NCBI GenBank assembly: GCA_973851085.1
Contig: OZ316775.1
Location: forward strand, 20,584,001-20,648,000
Direction: 5' to 3'
Source of the DNA: Ptychomitrium polyphyllum
Taxonomy: Eukaryota
DNA: 64,000 nucleotides
Made by a program: the position numbers and the translations under genes. Numbering within the stretch: the stretch's first letter is position 1; the number at the start of each line of letters is the position of its first letter. This document shows positions 24,071-36,157 of the stretch, one piece after another. The notes under the pieces are model-generated. The model was given only the letters and a program-made list of their open reading frames with translations. It did no database searches and was not told the DNA's origin.

Positions 24071-27000
24071 TGCGGGCTGCAATGCAGTGCGGCAGAGTTT
24101 GGGGTTGGTGGCGATGGCGAGGGCTATGGCTATAGCGCAGCACTGGTCGCCATGGCTGCTCTCCCTTCACACTCTCGCTGCTCTCGTGCTCTCATGCTCT
24201 CGTGTTCTCGTGTTCTCGTGTCACCGCCCTCGCAGGTCGTCGTCTCCTTGCGTGCTAGGCCTCCCTGTCCACGTCGGCGCCACGTCGGCATCACAGTTTC
24301 TTCCAACTGTTGGCCTCGTCATCAACACTAAGGATTTGGTTCTTGCTGGTTGCGTATTTATACTTTGTGCAGTCATGTGGCGACACGTAGAGCTGCTACT
24401 CGTATCAATTAAACAATTTATTGAGTTGCAAGCTAATGAATTCATTGATGGACCAATTTAGATTAAAGCCTTTTAAAACCTCTTGAGTTCTCAATTCATG
24501 TAATTTTTTTTAAGCATGAGGTGCAAGTAACAGCTCATGTTCTCTTATATTTTGGCATTATGGTATAATTAGGGATTATTTGAGATTATAGAATGAGTAA
24601 GAAAGTATCTTTGTAAAGTTATTTGGATCATAGTATGTAATTGATTTTAAAGTGGTGTTTATTCTAATCAATTTGTTGGATTTTAGAATGCTTCCGCTTT
24701 CTTAGATTTGAAAGAAAGAAAAAAAATGACTTTGGGAAAAAAAACCTTTCTATCCAATTATCATTTTCTTTAATAAATGTGGTACTTAAAATAAATAGCA
24801 TATTAAAAATGCATAATGATTTAGATTCAAATGCTAAAACATGAGTATTTTAAGAAGTCATTGTTTTCTTTAATCTTATTAAATCTACAGTGAACTTCAC
24901 TATTTTACTAAAGCTTTTAGAAATTAATGGAGTATAGGTGATGTAATCTATTTAACCAAATAATAATCAACGTTATATAAGTTTATGGACCACCTAATTT
25001 CCACAAACATTAAAAGCAATAATTGCATTGATGTGAAAATGTGTTATTTATAAGAAGGTATAAAGGGAGTTTTTATACATTTCTTTAAAAAAAGACAACA
25101 ATAAAAACATGCTTGCAAAAGAAAGTGTTGCATCAAATTCCATCTCTAGGTATTCTAAATGGAAAAGAATACTTCAACAAATTCAAAATGCATTTTTAAA
25201 ATAAAAAAGTGTTTAATAGATGAAATCTATATTTTTTTTGTGTTAAAAAGGCCAACAACTTTGCAAGCAATCATTTTTTAAAGTGGTTGTAAAACTTGCC
25301 AAGTAAATGTTGCAAAATCAACTATTTGATTTATTAAGCAAATAAAAGGACTAATTTGTAGCTATATATCATCGTATTATAACAAAAGAAATCCATAGCA
25401 AATTATTCTATTTAACATGAATCACTTTGTTTGCAAGAGTGTCAATAATTCCTTATAACTTTCAATAAAACCACTATTGTTGACAATGTTAGTTGATTTC
25501 TACTCCAGATCTTTATCATTACAAATTATATCAAAGTTCTTATGCTTATTTATTTGTAGAAGATAATTGAATGAAGAAAACTTACTACTTTCATTAATAT
25601 TAGTGTGTCAATCTTAATAAATGTAGAAAGATTGTTTACACAACAAATTAGATGGAAATTTGTGAGTTTTACAATTTTACAAAAAATATTAAAAAAATGC
25701 CATTTAGTAACAATCCATTTTTATTCAATTTCTATTATAATGCAAGACAAGATATTAGAAGATTAAAAAAAGGATTACCATATAAGAAGAAAATAAGGTT
25801 TAAAATGATACTAGGAATATTTATAAGATAAAAAACAAGGCAATATTATGGATTTTTCTACAACTTGTATTAATAATATTAAAAGAAACATCATTTTATT
25901 TTAAAAAATTTCTTAGTGATATTTAATGTTGCACCATTTTAACTATCCTTGCAACAAAAGCTTGGTTATTTTTTGTGTCTTTAAACAAAATGAAAGATCT
26001 AATAAATGATCTAATTTTTTTTTAACTTCTTCATTTTAAATATTATATAGAATTCAATAATTCAAATGATTTCAAGGAATTCAAAGATAGGTAGTTTTGA
26101 AGCATGTTTTTATTAGATGGATAAGCTTCTTGAATCCATAAATAACATTCTATTTCATTACAATGTGTAGATTATGAAAATCACTCAAGTTTTATTCAAG
26201 ACCACTAAGCCTTTGTATCCTATCTTGTATTATTTGGATACTTTATTTGAAATGTTTGTTTTCATGCCATTGATGATAGATGTTTATTTGAAGGCTACAT
26301 TAGTTATATTTGGTCAATTTATTTAAAGCCAGAGCCTTGCTTCTAATTATGAACCATTTCTTCATACAAGAAGTTTTTAGAAACCGAGAACTTTCCATCC
26401 ATTGATATGCATGCCTAATTTGAATCTTAGTATTAAATACTTATACTTTGAATCATCTATAATATTAAAGTTCATTACTTTTAATTCCAAAAATCTAAAA
26501 GTTGAGAAGTTGAACTTTAAAGCATTTTTTTGAAGTTAGATTATAGAAGTAGTTAATACATCATCAATGCTAAAAAAAGAATCACGCATATCCTTTATAT
26601 GTTATAAAACTAAAATTCTCAAGGTTATCAAAACATCTTTTGAAATTTCTATAGGAATAATTTTGGCATAATTGATTTGATTTGTAATAAAGACAATTTT
26701 TAGTGTAATCACCTCCCACATCGCCAGCTCGTCCTCCTTAATTTTCCCAATTCACATAACATTCTTCAATGACTCTTCCAATATTCTCCTCCAAAACTTT
26801 AGATTAATTTAAAAAAAAAAATGAAAGATGATGGAAATTCATGTACAGAATTACACAACGAAACTCATACTTCCATGCGTTCACTCACTCACTTTGATCA
26901 CTTTTAGTCACAGTTTTGATTCCACCCCTCTGATTGTGGATGAGGTGGAACTGAAACATCAAAGCGGCGCCAAACTGAGATCCTGGAAATATGCCGCACA

Positions 27001-27281
27001 TGACCATCGCCCTAACTGGCGATGCCCAGCAGCCCACTTCGTAAGTTACACTGCGCCGTAAATTCATTCACACCGTCCGAACCTACTCCGAATAAAACAG
27101 GAAATCCCTGACTCCGTTCACACTCTCGTGCAGCTACGTCGTCCTCATCATCCATGAGCACCATCGCAACCTGCAATGAACTCTAAGGGCTGATGCCACA
27201 CAAGGAGCCTCGGCGCGTCCACCACTCCAAATTTCTAAACTAATACTTCAGCGATACTTGTGCGCTCCTTCCATGATTCCT

Positions 27282-27951
27282 GGTTGATTCCAAGCCGGTA
27301 TTACCATGAGCTGGACTGGCGGATATACCGTGTAGTGATACTCATGCGGGTATTCCATGGTCAGACGCACCCTGCGGGCGACGCCCAGAGCTGACGTCAA
27401 TGTCCACGCTTACAATACCTAGGTGTTACTCTCACGATATTATTGTCATGGCTGTGCAATACTCGGGAGGGTATCTGGTGACGTGCACAAGGTTACTGCT
27501 TTGCAAGCCTGTCTTTCGTCGTTGTGGCCCTCATTGCTGCGACCCTGCAATCGTGTTCACAACGCAAAGCTCATGACCATGGTGGAGCAGCGACAGAGCA
27601 ATCTCAACGTGCAGGATGCAGAGTATATACGCATGGCGCCCCCCACCATCGTTCTCACCACTCCATGGTCATCGCAACCTGCAGCGGACGCCAAGTGCTG
27701 ATGTGCACTCCTTTCGAGCAGCTGTCTGAGTTCACTTTTCGTATGATACCTATATGATGCTCAGGCGATACTGCTTCGATACCGTGACGATATTAGTGCG
27801 GGTATCTCGTGAGGTGCATATGATTACTGCGTTGTAAGCCTGTCTGGCGGCATTGTGGCCGTTGCTGGTGCTCCCCTGCAATTGTGTGCACAACGCAAAA
27901 CTCTTGGCTATGGCGGAGCAATGACACAGCAGTCTCGACGCGCACATTGCA
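27282..27951 (+). pseudogene. Degenerate coding relic made of a diverged 331-bp-offset direct repeat
   Basis: About 27415-27620 aligns without gaps to about 27746-27951. Many differences are synonymous in the + frame (..ALQACLSSLWPSLLRPCNRVHNAKL.. vs ..AL*ACLAALWPLLVLPCNCVHNAKL..). Family not recognised. Confidence 0.5.
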
Positions 27952-28720
27952 GGCTGTAAAGCGATGGCGGCCCTCACCTTCCGACTCTGCGGCTCCTCTT
28001 CTCCGGTGCCACCACGGTTGCACCGTTCATCCTGCGTGAATCCGCCACTTCCTTCGTCTACAGTGCACGCAACACATGTATCTTTAGCATCCCCGTGCGG
28101 TAAATCATTCCCCATGGACTTACAGTTGGAATTACGAGCTTCCGCATTCAATGCCTCCCGCTGGCGCTCATGGTTGCTTTACCAACATGCCGCTGTAATG
28201 AGATACTTGTGTAGGTTCGAATTGAGACGTAGTAAGATCTTCATCCCCATGCTTTTGTATCTCGTTGAAGCCGTGTCCGCTGTCGTTGCGAGAACATGTG
28301 AATGGGATGAGAGTGGAGGCCGAGTGGTGAGGACATCAGAGATTTCACTCCTCGGGATCTGCTGAGAGGATTTCTACTGTTGGGGTATGTTTCCTGATAC
28401 AACATCCTTCTAAGTTAAGCCTGGCATTGCTGATGGTGATCGTTGGTCTTTAGTTATTGTTATGGTTTCCCATGTGTGAGAGCAAAACACACAGATGTTG
28501 GTGAGAAGGATAAGCACTGGGATAAGAAGGAAGGAAGGGTTCTGGTGCCAGGTTGGTGTTTGTGAAGTGATGTAGAATTGGAAGAGGTTGCAGATCTGAG
28601 TGACGTTGGAGGTCAGTGTGTGTGAGAAGAGCTAGATATGTAACCATGGGGGTCGTCTTTTCGATCTTCGAGTATTAAACACATTTTGAATTGGGTTTTG
28701 TCGTCAGGGGCGCTCTGGAA

Positions 28721-31700
28721 ATGGATTCAGACGAAAAGACGGCTGCTATTGTGGCAGGGGATCCCTTGGTGAGGGTGAGGGATGAAGGCGATGGTATGTC
28801 TAAAGATTTAGGGATTGAGAAGCCTGATGCTGCAGCATTGGAAGGGGTGGCATTGGATGCTAGAGATATGGCAAATGGGAATGGTAAAGAAGGTGGGGTT
28901 GTTGGACACTACAGGAATGGCAGTATGTCTGCCTCTTTTCTAGCTGCCCCTGGTTACTCGCCGTCGTTTGCATCTCTGGGCGACACAAACGCGTTTGAAA
29001 GCCACCATGCACCGAGATACTCCGACACTTTTGAAGGTTTTGATCCTCCGAGGCTGTCGGAGTCCCAAGAGGTGCAGGAAACTCCGAAGGTCACACGGCC
29101 GGAAGGACTGAGCTTTACGACGCCGGCGATTAGAAACAAAATTGCTGATGATTTTGAAACCCCTGAGGCTTCTCATGCTCTTGGAGCAGGTACTGGTGGT
29201 TTTCCTACTCCATCGGTTGAAGATCAGGAGGGGGAGAAACAGGGAGCGGAGGAATACACTTCTCCTATTGCCAATCTGGTTGAAAAGCCTCCTTCTGACG
29301 CTGCACTCCCATCTGGTAGTAACCCCAGAGAGCTAGTGCCTGCTCTAGGCAATGTGGATTCCTTCTCATTTGGTGGCGTACCGGAAACTCCTCAAACGCC
29401 GAATGTATTCTACACCAACCCGAAGAACGTTTTAGGTGAAGTTGCACTGCCATCTCCTAGCACCCCGACAGAGCTGGTTCCTGCTCTGGGCAATGTAGGT
29501 TCCTTCTCATCTGGTGCAGTGCCTGAACCGTTGAATGAGCCCCATGTCAATTCGAATAATAATGCAGGTGATGATGTATCTCCATCTCCTAGTACCCCGG
29601 CAGAGCTAGTTCCTGCTCTGGGCAATGTGAACTCTTTCCCATTTGGCGGAACGGATGATTACGTTAGGCCTGCAACGACCGATGAGCCTCACGTCGTCTC
29701 GAAGAAGATTCCAGGGCATGAATTGCTGGACTCAGTCATGACAACGAACAAGTCATCAACTCCTCATGAGGTGTATGCTGTTGATTCGCCAGTTGAAGCA
29801 GTTGCTCCTGCTTCAAGCTCTACCGATATGCCCCTTGCACAGGAGACCCTCAAAGAACCAGAATCAGCTGTTGAACAACTTAATTCTGATGGTGTTGTAA
29901 ATGTCCAACCTAGGATTTATGAAGCTCCTCTTACAGAAGAACCTGCAATAGCTATTCCTCCATCAGAAAAGTTGGATAGCAATGCAACAGATTTACCCAT
30001 AGTTCATACTGCAGGTATGTTTTTCAAATGACGGCTACATCTTATTTTCGAAGTTGATATTTGCTGATAATGTGTAGACCGTATCTTATATAGCCGTATC
30101 TTGTGCCGACATATTCGACGTCAGTAATCTCAGCGGGATTGTTCTATTTTTTTATGTGCTATAACTTGATCAATGCCTTCCTGGTTTTAAATACCTACTT
30201 AGACAGAGAATGATCAAGGCAGAGGATGAAACTTGGATTCTATGCGGGTCGGAAATGATAATTCTGATGGTTTGGTTGGTTCTTGAACTCTTGAAGATGC
30301 CCCGAAGAGCCAGGTGTCCGTTGCACTTGACAGCGAAGGAGTTGGTGAAGAGGTTATGCAAAAGCCTGTTGAGCATGATACAGATACAGTGGGCGATAAG
30401 GATGTGGGCAGCGCATTGCCGCAGACTCAGATTACTAGTCTACCAGAGACTTTTGCATTTCGTAGTGTTGCAGCAGAGAAGGAGGTGTCAGCCCCTGTTA
30501 CCACTGAAACTTCTAAACCAGGTATTAGATCCTGTCCAGATATCTGGTATCTTGTGACTGAACTATCGTAACCATGCTTTCTTCCTCTCCCAGTTGCTGA
30601 TCTTTTGACAGTGTTAGGTACTGTACTTTCACGGGCAAGATTCAAGCTTGTCATAGGTTTCATAAGTCAGTGAATGCAATGTTAATTTCGATGCAAACTA
30701 ATACTCTGTCTGTTTAGTGTTGAATTTTAGCAATGTGTAGATCTTCTCAAGTATAACTGAGATCAAGGTGGGTGCTGTTTACATATACCTGGTTTCCTTC
30801 AATTGAACTCAGTTATACTTGAATTCTTGAAATTGTGTGGGTAAGATGAAGGTGGGATTTTAATACAATATTGATGGTTTTGTATCGGAAAAGACTGCTA
30901 GCTGCTTTTCTTGCCCTGCTATTGACAATGTCACATAAACCTTCGTGTGTATGCTGCTGCAATTGCGAAGCTTATATTTGTATTGAAGTTTTCTTTATTT
31001 TGTCTTGTACAGTTGGGGTAAAGCTTTTGGTGCTCATGATTTATCCTGTATTGGACAACTTGTGAAAGTGTTGTTCTTATATTTGACTTGGATATATTGA
31101 TCCCAGGACTCTTCTCTGGAACTCTCAAATCAATGTCCACCAAAAAATTGCGTGGTCCAAGTGACGATTTACTCAGAACAATGGTGGTTATACCAGACTA
31201 CCTAAGCAGGGATATGGCCAACGCAGTTGCAACAGAAGGAACTGCCGCTCCTGAAGGTCCTCGTGAAGGTGAGAATACAGAAGCACCAACTAGTCCAATT
31301 CTGGTATTCATCAATTCCAAAAGCGGAGGTCGACTGGGTCCTGAGCTCATGGACCATTTTGAAGACCTCATCAGTCGCAACCAGGTCAGAGATTCCGAAT
31401 GTTGTTGCCAATTACCCTTACTCGGTTCTTTAATCTTATTTTGCATCAAGATGTATTGTGATGGCTTATTGATGTTAGCTAATTTCCTGCCTACTACATT
31501 CCAGGTCTACGATTTATCAAAGCACTCGCCCTCTGCTGTTCTTCGATATGGAGTTGGGTGTCTGGACAGGATGGCCAGTTCTGGAGACGAGTGCGCCCGC
31601 CAGACACGAGAAAACCTTCGCATTCTTGTTCGTCTCATCATTACTCATATGCGTACTCTTGTAAAACATATTTGATCTACGTATCATGTTACTCTTCGCT

Positions 31701-34700
31701 TCGGCGAGAGCAAGAGTTATGGGTACACTGTTAGCAGACTAGGATATTATAGAGGAGTACTATCGTACTGCTAAAAACGTGTTTTGTGGTTTAGCCTTAG
31801 TTTATCAGTATTCTATATTGCACTTCTGGATGCTTAGATTGTAGACTCTCGAAGGATTTGACGCCTATCTAAATTCCTAACGAGAGAGCTGATCCAATGA
31901 TTGATTCTATTTCAGGTCGCTGGTGGGGATGGGACTGTTGGATGGTGTCTGTCTAGTGTCGGAGCGCTTCGAGAGTATTCAGCAACCGACAGTGTTCCTC
32001 CACTCGGAGTTCTTCCTCTTGGAACTGGAAATGATCTTTCCCGGAGCTTTGGCTGGGTAAATTCGTAACAAGGCCTAACAGATCTTAAATTTTGCTGATA
32101 CTCTCGATATGGAAATTGTACAGACATTGGAAATTGACATTTATTCAAAATAGAGAATGTTGAAGATTACTCACTTTTAATAATGTTTTCAAACAGGTTT
32201 ATACTTCGTTGTAACTTGCTGAATGGTCTTGTCCCTGTATATTTGACATGTTCATAGGGAGGAGAATTTACTTCAACGGCTAAGTCATCTCTCAAAAAGT
32301 GCCTGGTGAAGGCATTAAATGCCAATGTGGCACCTCTTGATACGTAAGTTTTTCTGTGTTAGCAAAATCAAACTCTAGAGCTCGTTTCCAAGAAATTTCA
32401 ATTTTGGAGAGATCTTCTACTGGTATTCCAACAGCGTGTTTTTGAATGTTACGAGTACTTCACGTAATTACACAAACTTCAGTTGTCCAACATAAGCTAA
32501 TATTTATCACATTCGGAGTTTATAATCTGTTAATTGCTGGAGTTACGTGAGTTACGAGTTTGATAATCATCAATAAGTGTGGATGAATATAACTTGTTAC
32601 ATATGGATGACTCAACTCCTGTCTATACTCATGTTCTTGAAGCCTAACCACAGTGTAACGAGATAATTTGGAGAGTATCATCTGTTTGTGTTCCTGTTTG
32701 GTCCTTTTTGGGATGGATCCTTAATATATGGAGCGTTGTGCAGGTGGGAAGCAGTAGTAATGCCTGCAAAATCAGTTGCTGCAGAAGATATCCAGTTTCC
32801 ACATGCAATGCACCCCCAACACCATGTTCCACTGCCTTCATTGGTAATCTTTGAGAAATATTTGATTTTTCTTCACTTTTTTGAATTTACAGAGCATTGG
32901 CTGTGATGAGTTCAGGGTTTTGCTGGGTGCCCTAGTAATGTTGGATTTTTACTGTATCTGTCTGAATCTTGCAGGTGGCTGGTGAAAAACATGACAAAGA
33001 CGAAACAGCTCCCGCATTTCAGGGCCTGTTTTTCAATTATTTCAGTGTTGGTAAGCTCATACTTTGCATGGGTTTTATGTTTTCATGGGTTTTTACTATA
33101 GTGATATACCATACGAAGGGCATGCTTTGATGCTTGTATCCTGCAATTCAATACAGGTTGAAGATTTGAAATCGTACATGAAACCGTTCTTTGGATTGAA
33201 GCAACCATGCTTGATTTCTTGATGCAGGAATGGATGCTCAAGTGGCATATGGCTTTCACCATCTGCGAGATGATAAACCTTGGCTCGCTCGGGGCCGTAC
33301 AGCCAATCAAGTGAGTCTTCAAACTTTGATGTTCTTGAGTTTTTTCAGTGTGGAGAATGTCTGGATATAGTTTGTATTGTCCGGTGCGGTTGGAAATTCT
33401 GTATAAATGCGTTGATAGTTTAACTAACGTAAGAGCGGTCCTTCAATGTTGCAGATGATTTACTCTAGTTTCGGGTGTACGCAAGGTTGGTTCTGTACTG
33501 CATGCTCAATAGCTCCTCGTGCCAGGTAATGTCCAAGAGCTTTTAATTCGAGTCATCTCAAATTTTCAAATTTTCAAATTTTCATGCATATTTGTGCCTT
33601 ACCTGTTTTTATTTGGATTGAGAATTTAAGAAAATGCGTCCTACATTTCATCAAATCGAATGACACTTCCCGACAGATGACTGCAGTTCTAAAACTATTT
33701 TCTGTGGGAATCTCATAATTCAATCGAAGGGTTTTAATCTGCAATTATCAGCAGCTGTGCTTACATTAGTTAATTGTATCCTTGCAGAGGCATATCAAAT
33801 ATATTGAAGTTGTCTGTGAGAAAAAGAGGAAACACCTCTAAAGATTGGGAGGAGATTCATCTTCCTAGCAAGTGAGTTATAAATTCCGAGAGCAGTGTAC
33901 TTGGCAACTATACCTCTGAGCAAAGCCTTACGTTTGTATAGAACCTGACTATTGTTTTGGTGATGATTATAACAGCATTCGAGCAGTTGTAATTTGTAAT
34001 TTAAAAAGCTACGCGGGTGGGCGCAACCCTTGGGGAAAACCTTCGTCATCTCAAAGACAGAAGGTGGGATCTCTTGCCTGCAAACTGCGGTCTCTGCGAA
34101 GTCTGGTTTAGCACGCTACTAATTCTTTCAGACTTCATGAGATATGCTAAGTACGTGCGGGATGCCCTAATTCGATAGATGCCCTCTTAATTGGAAGTTA
34201 TTGGCTGAACGCAGGAGGCCCTAGAGGAACAAAGGCCTGATGACGGTTTGCTGGAAGTTATGGGGTTGAAAGACGGTTGGCACTCAGCTTTTGTCCTCCT
34301 TGAAGTTAGCACTGCTGTTCGTCTCTGCCAAGTGAGTAGCTTGATGCACCTCAAATTTGTTTCTGGTCTCACGTCAAACGCTGTTAAAGGAAGATGTGGT
34401 GTTTATCATGCTACTAAATTTTGGAGTCTTTTACTGGACGGATGTGTTGTTAAAGGTGAATGAAACCATTTACTTGTAGTGATCAGGAGATAAACTGCAC
34501 TAATTATGGTGTGCAGTAAATCATTTATGCCTACTTTACAGTATTAACTTAGTCTTCTTTGTCAATAATTGTAATTACATAACTGCAGCATCTGCGTATA
34601 CAATTAAAGATTTATTCATTGATCCAATATTTTGCTTCAGGCTGAGGCAGTCAAACTTGAGTTGAGTGGCAATGCAAGAAAAAAATCCTACTTGCAAATG

Positions 34701-34802
34701 GATGGAGAGCCGTGGATGCAACCCATGGGCGCACCTCATGACGAACCTACGGTTGTGATGATTGAGAAGCTCCCATCTCCGGCCATGGTACTGAAAAGAT
34801 AG
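28721..34802 (+). CDS. DGK: Diacylglycerol kinase (plant type lacking C1 domains, DGK3/4/7-like) with long acidic N-terminal extension; 13 exons, about 900 aa
   Basis: Exons 28721-30014, 31107-31384, 31505-31627, 31916-32056, 32258-32343, 32744-32843, 32975-33050, 33228-33310, 33455-33525, 33788-33871, 33976-34063, 34215-34331, 34641-34802 join into 2703 nt. Motifs [80 protein letters not shown]. The linkage of exon 1 is inferred from phase. Confidence 0.9.
29300..29650 (+). repeat. Three coding repeats ([15 protein letters not shown]) in DGK exon 1
   Basis: gagct.gt.cctgctct.ggcaatgt begins at 29330, 29471 and 29603 (spacing 47 and 44 codons). Confidence 0.9.
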
Positions 34803-35683
34803 GAATCCTTTGTTTAATAGGTAAAGTTTGAAACATGTTTGTACATGTAATGTCACAAGCTGGCAAATAGACTGGTTCTGAATGGAAGGTCTAGCAAACT
34901 TGTGTGTAAGCAAGTTCAAGTTGGAGGTCGTAAGTGGGGCTCCTTGTTTATTATTTGCATCGGGTGACTCGCCCAATGCCTATTGATTGCCTCCACTAAT
35001 TAACGGAGTCTTGGAACTTCCGAACATGAAGGTCTTCTCATCATTGCATCCAAACTCTTGTTACGGGAATCGTCAACTTACTATGTCAAGTACTACGTAC
35101 ATTTACCGCAAAATGAACACTTGCAAGCTTGACGATTCGAGGCTACTTTCCACACGAATACCAAATAGAAGAATTGTTTTTCTTTCGAATCTCACCACCA
35201 AATAAAGCTGCAAGTTTTCTGAGAAATGGATTAAAATTATCATATCGATGATAGCTGCTAAACTAGGTCAAGAAACAGTTGGATTTTATGCTTGTGAACG
35301 GCAACTACACTATTTCACTACAAAAGATATAAGAAATCCCATACAATGCAGTGGTCATCATCCGATTGCTATAGCTGACCGCAACTACAGTGTCCTGCAA
35401 CATATACAGATATCGTTGGCAAATAAATATGTCAACCCCTACTATTATTATTGACGAAAAGGAATAACCACGATAATTAAACCAAGATCAAAATCCGGAA
35501 TCCCACATGAAACGCACTATTGTAATTTACAATTTAACATTTGCTTGATTGGAATGAACTGAAAATATATGTTCCACACTGTAATATCCTTTTAATCTGT
35601 ACACCGTCGGAAGGATGTATTAAACTGGATGCGAGATACAAACTCTAAGGTTTTGTGACTTGTGTGCATACCTTCATGTGAGT

Positions 35684-36157
35684 TTAGAGCTTAATCGAGA
35701 GGACAACCAATTCACACATGGTGAAGAGCAGGTACTTAGATTTCGAGCTCCAGCTCTCCACAGCCGTTAGAATCAAGAGCTTCTTGCCCTTCGGCTCCGA
35801 TGTCTTAAACAGATTGATCTTCAACGTTTTGTTCTTGGCAGCGTGCTTATTGTTCTCCGCCGTCACCTACAAGTGCAGGGTGATCTCCTTAACGCTGATG
35901 AGAGCAAGCTCGATGGCGGTCCACTTGCCCTTCAGTGCCACCACTGGATTGGACACCACAGGACTCATGAGCTTGAATATCACGGGTCTGACTGCTGCAT
36001 TATGCAGAATGAGCTTGATGGACAGGCCGCTCTTGATACTTGTGTGTGGCGAAGTCACTGCTGGTGCTCGAGCAGGTGCATCTGCTGAATTCGCTTCAGC
36101 TACAACAGCAGCAGCCACTAGAAGAGTGGCGACGAGGAGGAGCAACTTGGCCATCAT
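35684..36157 (-). pseudogene. Small secreted protein of unknown family interrupted by one in-frame TAG (pseudogene, truncated allele or readthrough)
   Basis: Signal peptide MMAKLLLLVATLLVAAAVVAEA, AP-rich linker ADAPARAPA; TAG at 35869-35867, after which the same frame runs 60 more codons to TAA at 35684. Confidence 0.55.

Noticed and set aside
30227..30286. TGA codons as selenocysteine or U-to-C editing sites
   Set aside because: Land plants lack Sec machinery, and reverse editing is known from organelles, not nuclear mRNA; no supporting element seen.
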